Shown here: positions 29,665 to 36,808 of the stretch, in pieces
Position numbering within the stretch: the first letter of the stretch is position 1
Layout of the letters: every line of letters begins with the position of its first letter
Position numbers and translations under genes: made by a program
Notes under the pieces: model-generated
The model's database searches: none
Told to the model about the DNA's origin: nothing
The model's input: only the letters and a program-made list of their open reading frames with translations
Source: Tagaea sp.
Lineage (GTDB): Bacteria; Pseudomonadota; Alphaproteobacteria; CACIAM-22H2
Direction: 5' to 3'
Assembly: GCA_965279525.1 (NCBI GenBank)
Contig: CBDIIB010000004.1
Location: 608,001 to 672,000, forward strand
Length of the DNA: 64,000 nt

Positions 29665-30711
29665 ATGCGGGACGACCGAATCGAAGCGAAGTGGATCGAA
29701 CTTTTCGCGGACGTTTTCCGTCTCAGCGCGATATCCCCGGACGACTCGGTCGCCATCCTCTCCGAGACCCAGTCCCGCCAACTCAACGTCCATCTCGCGG
29801 AACTCGCGCTTGCCCGGATCGGCGCGCGCACCTGCCATGTCGTGATGCCGACACCCCGGCAGACGGCACCCGTCCCCGTGCGGTCGACGGGCGCATCGGC
29901 GGCATTGCAGGGATTCCAGCCGGCGATCGAGGCCCTCAAGGCCGCGCGCGTCGTCGTCGACGTCACGCTTGAAGGGCTGCTGCATGCGCCCGAGCTCCCC
30001 GCGATCCTCGCTGCCGGCACGCGCGTGCTGATGGTGTCCGACGAACATCCCGAAGTACTCGAGCGGCTGCGCCCGGATCCGTCGCTCGAGCCGAAGGTCC
30101 GCGAAGGCCTGCGCCGCATCCGGTCGGCGCGCGAGATGCACGTGACGTCGGCGGCCGGCAGCGACCTGCGCATCGATCTGCGCGATGCGCGCACCGGCGG
30201 AAGCTGGGGCTACACGACCAAGCCCGGCACGATCGCGCATTGGCCCGGCGGTCTCTGCCTGTGCTTTCCGGCAGCCGGCACGGTCAATGGCCGCCTCGTC
30301 CTGGCACCGGGCGATCTCAACCTCACCTTCAAGCGCTATCTCGAATCGACAGTGGTTTTCGACATTGCCGACGATCACGTCGTGCGCGTCTCCGGCGACG
30401 GAACGGACGCGGCACTGATGGAGGCCTACTTCGCCGCTTGGGGTGACAGGTCTGCCTACGCGACAAGTCATGTGGGCTGGGGAATGAACCCGGCGGCGCG
30501 CTGGGAGTCGCTCGCCCTCTACGACAAGGCGCAGACGAACGGCACCGAACAACGCGCCTTCGCCGGAAATTTCCTCTACTCGACTGGCGCCAACGAGGTC
30601 GCCGGCCGGCATACGCTCGGCCATTTCGACCTGCCGATGCGCGGATGCACCGTGACGCTCGACGCGATCCCCGTCGTCGTCGAAGGAAAGCTCGTGCCCG
30701 ACCTCGCATAG
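29665..30711 (+). CDS. NicX (2,5-dihydroxypyridine dioxygenase)-like / peptidase M29-like protein
   Basis: VAILSETQSR, GLLHAPEL, PGTIAHWPGG, SHVGWGMNP, EQRAFAGNFLYSTGAN, GHFDLPMR. Confidence 0.7.
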   Translation: MRDDRIEAKWIELFADVFRLSAISPDDSVAILSETQSRQLNVHLAELALARIGARTCHVVMPTPRQTAPVPVRSTGASAALQGFQPAIEALKAARVVVDVTLEGLLHAPELPAILAAGTRVLMVSDEHPEVLERLRPDPSLEPKVREGLRRIRSAREMHVTSAAGSDLRIDLRDARTGGSWGYTTKPGTIAHWPGGLCLCFPAAGTVNGRLVLAPGDLNLTFKRYLESTVVFDIADDHVVRVSGDGTDAALMEAYFAAWGDRSAYATSHVGWGMNPAARWESLALYDKAQTNGTEQRAFAGNFLYSTGANEVAGRHTLGHFDLPMRGCTVTLDAIPVVVEGKLVPDLA

Positions 30712-30723
30712 CGCGCCAGACCC

Positions 30724-30737
30724 TTGACTTACATCAA
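30724..30737 (+). promoter_or_regulatory. FNR/FixK-type box TTGAC-TTAC-ATCAA
   Basis: One mismatch to TTGAT-N4-ATCAA, ~60 nt upstream of ATG 30795. Confidence 0.7.
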
Positions 30738-30794
30738 TGCGACGCGTCGGCGATCCATGAAAACTCCCTCCATAAGCGCAACGGGAGAAATCGA

Positions 30795-30962
30795 ATGGAC
30801 ACGTCCGACATGCTTTTCCTGGGTCTGGTCTTCGTCGCGTTCGCGGCGTTCTTCGTCACTGTGATGTGGGTGCTGCACGACGACGTGCGCAACCGTGCCG
30901 CACGCGCCGCCCGCAATGCCAACGCGAACGACGAAACGGCCGCAAGGGCGCGCGCGGCCTAG
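30795..30962 (+). CDS. 55-aa single-TM small membrane protein
   Basis: GGGAGA RBS; hydrophobic LFLGLVFVAFAAFFVTVMWVL followed by an Arg/Ala-rich tail. Confidence 0.7.
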   Translation: MDTSDMLFLGLVFVAFAAFFVTVMWVLHDDVRNRAARAARNANANDETAARARAA

Positions 30963-32575
30963 CTTGCGACGGTCGGCACGTCCGGCGCGAACGCGTCCGC
31001 CGGACAGGGGCGCAGCGGAAATCGTGCGCGCGGCGGGCCATCTGCCATCCCGTGCGCGGCCGCGACAACCGACGCGCACACGCGCCCCTGGCAAAGCCCC
31101 ATGCCGATGCGCGTCGCCATCTTGATCGCCGCCGGCGATCCCAGATCGAGCGACAGTGCCGCATCGAGATCGCGCCGCGCGACATTCTCGCACCGGCAGA
31201 CGATCGTATCCGCCTGCGCACCGCTTTCGGGCACGCGGGTCCAGGTGCCAAGTGCCCGTGCCGCACGCTCGAACTTCATGCGCCGCGCGCGCGCGGCGCG
31301 GACCGCGGCGCCCAGTTCGGGCGATGGCGTGCGCCCTAGATGGCCGACGATCGCCTCCGCCGCGATCGTCGCATCGCACAGGGCCGCTTCGACGCCGCGC
31401 ACGCCGCACGCCTCGCCGATCGCATAGAGTCCGTCGATGCTCGTCCCGCAACCGCCATCGACGATCGCGTGCCATCCGCCGAGCGCCGGATCGTGGCCGA
31501 GGGCGGCACCCGCGACCTGCGCAAGTTCGATGTCCGGGCGCAGACCGAAGCTCAACCCCACGACGCCGACATCGAACGAAAGGGTCCGCCCCTGCCCTGA
31601 AGCCGGTACGACGGCGACACGCCTGACTGCACCGCTTGCGTCGATGCGCGACACCTTGCGGCCGCGCAGGACCGGAATGCCGGCGCGGCGCAGGCGCCAT
31701 TCGAATCCCAGCGCACGTGTCGCCAGCCCGGGCGCTTTCGCCAGTCTTGCCAGGACCTCGAGCGGGGGAAAGTCCGACGCGTCGACGACGGCGGCAATCG
31801 CGACTCCCGCCGCACGCAGATCGTCGGCGACGAGATAGAGGAGCGGGCCGGACCCCGCCAGCAGGACAGGCGCGCCGGGCACGATCCCCTGCCCCTTCGC
31901 CAAGGCCTGCAGGCCCCCGAGATTGAGAACACCCGGAAGATCCCAACCCGGCAGCGCCACGTTGCGCTCGATGGCACCCGACGCGATGACGATCGCGCGC
32001 GGACGCAGGATATGGCCGTGGCCGTGGCCGTCGAGCGCCCAGACTTCCCTGCCCTCGCGAAGATCTAGAACTTCGATGCCTGCCCGATGGTCGAGATGTT
32101 TCGCCTTCGCGACGCGCACGCGAAGCCAGGCACCCGAGCCCGCGTCCGGGCCGGCGGGCTTGCGCCAGACCTGGCCGCCCGCGTCATCGCCGTCATCGAG
32201 CAGCGTCGTCGCGACCCCTTCGGCCGCGAGCGCAAGCGCGCAGGCCGCACCGGCCGGCCCGGCACCGATGACGACGACATCGCCGCAGTCGATGGGAACG
32301 CGTTGCCTGTCGAAACGCACGAACGGCGCGCTTGCGTCCGACGTCACGCGCATTCCGGCTTTCACCGGCGTGCGGCAGGTTCGACGGTTCGCCTCGCCGT
32401 CGATCATGGCGACACACTGATAGCAGCGGCCGACCGCGCAAAGGACGCGGCAAGAACCGTCGGCAAGCATCGCCGCGGCGACGGTTTCGCCAGATCGCGC
32501 CGGCACCTTTCTGCCGTCGACGAATATCTCGGTGTCGGGTGCGGCTCCGACGCGCTTGAAGGGCGATTCAGTCAT
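30959..32575 (-). CDS. HcnA+HcnB-like fusion (2Fe-2S domain, FAD/NAD oxidoreductase, BFD-like 2Fe-2S); opine/hydroxyproline dehydrogenase family
   Basis: GETVAAAM...CAVGRCYQC...RTC; GAGPAG; GAIER...PGWDLPGV; VCRCENV...RIGMGLCQGRVC. Confidence 0.85.
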   Translation of the reverse strand: MTESPFKRVGAAPDTEIFVDGRKVPARSGETVAAAMLADGSCRVLCAVGRCYQCVAMIDGEANRRTCRTPVKAGMRVTSDASAPFVRFDRQRVPIDCGDVVVIGAGPAGAACALALAAEGVATTLLDDGDDAGGQVWRKPAGPDAGSGAWLRVRVAKAKHLDHRAGIEVLDLREGREVWALDGHGHGHILRPRAIVIASGAIERNVALPGWDLPGVLNLGGLQALAKGQGIVPGAPVLLAGSGPLLYLVADDLRAAGVAIAAVVDASDFPPLEVLARLAKAPGLATRALGFEWRLRRAGIPVLRGRKVSRIDASGAVRRVAVVPASGQGRTLSFDVGVVGLSFGLRPDIELAQVAGAALGHDPALGGWHAIVDGGCGTSIDGLYAIGEACGVRGVEAALCDATIAAEAIVGHLGRTPSPELGAAVRAARARRMKFERAARALGTWTRVPESGAQADTIVCRCENVARRDLDAALSLDLGSPAAIKMATRIGMGLCQGRVCASVVAAAHGMADGPPRARFPLRPCPADAFAPDVPTVAS

Positions 32576-32629
32576 TTGAAGTCGTTGCGGAACCGTGCCA
32601 CGAAAGCCGTCAGGGAGCAATTTCGGTAC

Positions 32630-32663
32630 AAAGCAAAAGCCGCCGGCGTTTCCGCCGGCGGCT
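32630..32663 (-). terminator. Rho-independent terminator of the PAP2-like gene
   Basis: AGCCGCCGGCG-GAAA-CGCCGGCGGCT followed by TTTGCTTT on the minus strand. Confidence 0.85.
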
Positions 32664-32691
32664 CTGCCAGATCTTACCTGACGTCCGAGTT

Positions 32692-34029
32692 TCAGTTCGT
32701 CTTGCCGGCGAAGGAGCGGGCCAGTGTCTTCTCGGCCACCTTGCGGCCGATCTCCTGGCCGGCTTCGATGTCGAAGCGGTAGTGGATGCCGGCCCAGATG
32801 CGGGCTTCCGAAGCTTCCTTGCCGATGGCCGACAGGCGTGCGGCATCCTGCGGAAAGGACTTGGCCAGAACGGCGGAAGCGGCGGTCGAAAGGCAGCTAT
32901 GTGCCGACGGATAGGCCGGATGGTTGGGTGCCGGAAAGACCGTCTTCAGTTCCGGGTCGAGTTGCGTCGGACGCGGATACCAGTAGACGTATTTCGCCTC
33001 CCAGCAGGCGACGCCGGCATCGGCCAGCGCGACATTGAGTGCCGCGAGGATGCGTGCGGCGGCAGCCGGCGCCGTGCCGTTTTCCAGCAACTTCGTGCGT
33101 GCGATCTCGTTCCACAGAACATGCACGCGCGCGCCGCCGAAAACTTCCCAGTAGGTCGCGCGATGGTTGCTGGGCGGCGTGCGATTGAACGCCTTCAGTT
33201 CAGCGAGGTCTGTCTTCACGCGATCCGAATCGATGGCGGGCGGAGCTGCCGGGCGCACCTCGCTCGAAGTCTTCAGCACCCAGGTCTTCCAGCCGCCTGC
33301 GGCCGGTGCGACCGGCGGATTGGCGCTTTTCCACTGGCCCGCCGCATCGGGCACGGTGCCGGTCCATTTTGCATCCGAGCCATCGGCCTTGCCGCGCGCG
33401 ATCGCCAAAGCCGCGACCCTGACGCCGAGCGCTTTGCCGGCAGCGACTTCCGAGGGGTACTCCACACCTGCCAGCAGGCGCACGCGCATCGCTTCCTCGG
33501 CGCGGGCGGCGAGAGCGGCAGCGCGGGCGGGAAACAGATAGCCGAGAACTTCTGCCGCGGCGGCAGCCGCAGCCGCGTGTTCGGACGGCGCAAGTGCGCC
33601 GGGTGCAGAAGCCTTCAGCGCGGTATCGACCGTCGTTGCACGCGGGCGCGAGCCCGGCTGGCGATTCTGCCGGCTGGCGGCCATCGCATCGTCGATTGCC
33701 GTATGGAACAGCGCCAGATGCCGGGCGGCCAACGGCATAGTGACGAAACCCTGCAGCATCTCGTCGAGGATGATCTCGTTCCAGCGATAGGCCGGCCCGC
33801 CGACAGACCACCACCGGAAGCGCGCGATGTCATCGGCGCCGCGCTTCGCCACGATCGCCTTCAATTCCGCCATCTCGCTCTCGCCGTTCGACGCGGCGGC
33901 CGGGGCGGCGATCTCGGTATAGGATTTGACGTACCAACCTTCTGCGCGTGCGCCGGCAGACGACAGCAGCGCCAAAGCCGCGAAGGCGCCGGCGGCAAGG
34001 CGCGGGCGTATTGCATTATCTCCGAACAT
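32692..34029 (-). CDS. Exported PAP2 / vanadium haloperoxidase-like protein
   Basis: Signal peptide ending ARA; KYVYWYPRP, HPAYPSAH, RIWAGIHYRFD. Confidence 0.85.
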   Translation of the reverse strand: MFGDNAIRPRLAAGAFAALALLSSAGARAEGWYVKSYTEIAAPAAASNGESEMAELKAIVAKRGADDIARFRWWSVGGPAYRWNEIILDEMLQGFVTMPLAARHLALFHTAIDDAMAASRQNRQPGSRPRATTVDTALKASAPGALAPSEHAAAAAAAAEVLGYLFPARAAALAARAEEAMRVRLLAGVEYPSEVAAGKALGVRVAALAIARGKADGSDAKWTGTVPDAAGQWKSANPPVAPAAGGWKTWVLKTSSEVRPAAPPAIDSDRVKTDLAELKAFNRTPPSNHRATYWEVFGGARVHVLWNEIARTKLLENGTAPAAAARILAALNVALADAGVACWEAKYVYWYPRPTQLDPELKTVFPAPNHPAYPSAHSCLSTAASAVLAKSFPQDAARLSAIGKEASEARIWAGIHYRFDIEAGQEIGRKVAEKTLARSFAGKTN

Positions 34030-34205
34030 CGGAAGTCCTTTCTCTGCATCGGCAGTCGTGAAAATCCGATGCAGTTCTATTTCGGATGCATTGAAACTTC
34101 TACCGCCCTACAATCGTAACGGGTGTCGGTGCGCTGGACGGTCGATGCGGCGGTTTGCAAGCGTCGCGGAACCATGCCACCAAAGCCGCCAGGGAGAATT
34201 TCGCG

Positions 34206-35414
34206 ATGCGCCGCATCGAAACCGAAATCGCCGTCTTCGGCGCCGGCATCATCGGCGCCGCCTGCGCCTTCGAACTTGCCAAGTCGGGCCGGCGCGTCAT
34301 GCTGGTGGACCGGGACCAGCCGAACGCCGGCAGCTCGGGTGCATGCGACGGCTACGTTTCGGTCTCGACGAAGACGCCGGGGCCCGCTCTCGAACTCGCG
34401 CGCGCCAGCCAGCTCCTGTACGCCGAACTCGCGTCCGAACTCGGCATTGCACGCATCGAATATGTCCGCCGCGGCGGCATGATGCTGATCGAGACGCCGG
34501 ACGAGTTCGAGAAGATGGAAGCGCACGCGAAGCTGCTGCGCGCGGCTGGCGTCGTGGCAGACGTGATCGATCGCGCGGCCCTGCTCGAACGCGAGCCGGC
34601 CCTTTCGCCGGCACTGCATGGCGGTCTCGACTGCCCGGACGAAGCGCAGGTGACGCCCTATCTCGTCACGCTCGCCCTCGTCGAGGCGGCAATCTCGCAT
34701 GGTGCGCTCACGCTCTGGCGAACGCGGCCGGTCGCGTTCGACGTCGCGGGCGCGCGCATCGTGCGCGCCGATCTCGAGGGTGCCTACGGAGAAACCGTCG
34801 AGCTCGTTGCCGAGCAATATGTATTCTGCGCGGGCATCTGGAGCCGCGATCTTGGCGCCCTGGTCGGCCTCGATCTGCCCGTCGTGCCCCGGCGCGGCGA
34901 ATTGCTCGTCACGACGCGCGGCCGCCGGCTTGCCTCGCGCTTCCTCGTGTCGGCACGCTACCTCACGGCGAAGCTCGACCCGGAAGCGGCCAGCACGTCG
35001 AGCGACCCGCTGGTGCGGATGGGATACGGCTTCACGCTGGAGACGACTCCGCACGGCCAGCACATCATCGGCAACACGCGCACGTTCGTGGGCTACGACC
35101 GCAGCGTTTCGACTGACGGGTACCGGACCATCCTTGCGGAAGGCGCCAGGCGGGTGCCGGCGCTCGCCTCGCTTGAAATCCTGCGTGCCTTTGCCGGGCT
35201 GCGCCCGTTCGTTCCAGACAAACGGCCACTGCTCGGGCGCTCGGCGCTGCGCACCAACCTCTTCGTCGCGGCCGGCCACGAAGGTGACGGGATCACACTT
35301 GCCCCGATTACCGCGCGGATCGTTGCCGGCCTCTCGCAGGGCAGGACACCGCCCGTCCCGCTTGACGGCCTCGACCCGGACCGCTTCACGAAGGCCGGTC
35401 CTGCCGCGGCCTAA
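34206..35414 (+). CDS. FAD-dependent D-amino-acid oxidase family protein, HcnC-like
   Basis: GAGIIG, AGSSGACDG, FAGLRP, AAGHEGDGITLAPIT. Confidence 0.88.
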   Translation: MRRIETEIAVFGAGIIGAACAFELAKSGRRVMLVDRDQPNAGSSGACDGYVSVSTKTPGPALELARASQLLYAELASELGIARIEYVRRGGMMLIETPDEFEKMEAHAKLLRAAGVVADVIDRAALLEREPALSPALHGGLDCPDEAQVTPYLVTLALVEAAISHGALTLWRTRPVAFDVAGARIVRADLEGAYGETVELVAEQYVFCAGIWSRDLGALVGLDLPVVPRRGELLVTTRGRRLASRFLVSARYLTAKLDPEAASTSSDPLVRMGYGFTLETTPHGQHIIGNTRTFVGYDRSVSTDGYRTILAEGARRVPALASLEILRAFAGLRPFVPDKRPLLGRSALRTNLFVAAGHEGDGITLAPITARIVAGLSQGRTPPVPLDGLDPDRFTKAGPAAA

Positions 35415-35515
35415 ATTCGCCGCAATTGTTTGCCAGCATTGGCAAATCGTCGACTCTTGCCGTCCGTTGGGAAGCGGGCGACAATTGTTTCCCAGTCGAC
35501 TCCCGGAGGTTCGCG

Positions 35516-36808
35516 ATGTCCGCCCTGGTCAACCCGGACGATATCCACCGCCGCCGCGCGATGGACCAGCGCGAATGCGATCTGGCCGTGCGCAAGCACG
35601 AGCTTTTCGTCCTCGGCCGCGCCGGCGGCCAGCGCGCCAATTTCTCGTACCGGAACCTCACGGGCCTCAACCTCGCCTGCAAGAACCTGTCGGAGGCCGA
35701 CTTCACCGGCGCCATCATGGTGGAGTGCGACCTTTCGGGTACGAACCTGCAGCGCGCCCTGCTGTTCTGCTGCAACCTGACCAAGGCGAAGATGGTGCGC
35801 GCCAACCTGACGCGCGCCGACCTGCGTGGCGCGGTCCTGAAGGGCGCGGATCTCACGGCCGCAGAACTTTTCAACGCCGACCTTCGCGAAGGCGCCATCT
35901 TCACCAAGCGCATGGCCAGCGACCTGCAGGGCGTGACCGTCGATTCCGATCCGTCCGACATGTCGCGCGCCAAGATGGTCAACGCCAACCTGAGCCACGC
36001 GAACATGTCCGGCGCCGTCGCGATGATGGTGGATTTCACCGACGCGATCCTGAAGGGTGCAAATCTCGCGAAGGCCAATCTCAAGAACGCGACGCTCGAG
36101 GGCGCCGATCTGGAAGGTGCCGATCTTTCGCGTGCAGACCTGCGCGGAGCGATCCTGCGCAACGCGAATCTCTACGGCGCCACGATGATCGCCGCCGACC
36201 GCACGGGCTGCGACGAGACAGGTGCCCTGACCGACCTGCCGCGCGGCAAACCGATGACGATGCTGCGGGAGTCGCTGCACACGCTGGTGCGCGATCACGG
36301 CACCTGGATCGAGACCGGCGGCGCTTCGGGTCACCTGCTCGACATTTCCGGTTTCGACCTGCGCGATGTCGAGTGGCCCGACCATGTGCTGCTGACGTCG
36401 ATGAAGGCGAAGGATGCCTGCATCGCGCACGCGAAGTTCAGCGGTGCCTGGCTGCAGGCGAGCCTGTTCGAAGGGGCGGATATGCGCGGCGCCGACTTCC
36501 GCACGGCCGACCTGCGCGGCGCAAACCTCAAGGGCGCCAATCTCGTCCGGGCCAACTTCGAAAGCTGCAATCTCGCCCCGATGGTCGTCCAGTCCGGCAA
36601 ATCGCTGACGACGCGGCTTGACGGTGCCAACCTGCGCCATGCGCGCTTCCAGCGCTGCCAGCTCGTGCAGACATCGTTCCGCGGCGCCGACCTGCGCTGG
36701 GCGACGATCGTCGACTGCGACACGACCGGCGGCGACTTCGAAGGGGCGATCGGGCTGCAGTTGCTGGCCCGCATCGACCATCCCCCGCCCGAACCGCCGA
36801 AGGGCTAG
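35516..36808 (+). CDS. Pentapeptide-repeat protein (two-lobed)
   Basis: GGAGG RBS; extensive A(D/N)Lxx repeats; two H...G..G..LD/NF capping segments. Confidence 0.9.
   Translation: MSALVNPDDIHRRRAMDQRECDLAVRKHELFVLGRAGGQRANFSYRNLTGLNLACKNLSEADFTGAIMVECDLSGTNLQRALLFCCNLTKAKMVRANLTRADLRGAVLKGADLTAAELFNADLREGAIFTKRMASDLQGVTVDSDPSDMSRAKMVNANLSHANMSGAVAMMVDFTDAILKGANLAKANLKNATLEGADLEGADLSRADLRGAILRNANLYGATMIAADRTGCDETGALTDLPRGKPMTMLRESLHTLVRDHGTWIETGGASGHLLDISGFDLRDVEWPDHVLLTSMKAKDACIAHAKFSGAWLQASLFEGADMRGADFRTADLRGANLKGANLVRANFESCNLAPMVVQSGKSLTTRLDGANLRHARFQRCQLVQTSFRGADLRWATIVDCDTTGGDFEGAIGLQLLARIDHPPPEPPKG

Noticed and set aside
30959-35414. Calling these genes HCN synthase hcnABC
   Set aside because: The same motifs occur in opine and hydroxyproline dehydrogenases; the substrate cannot be read from the sequence.
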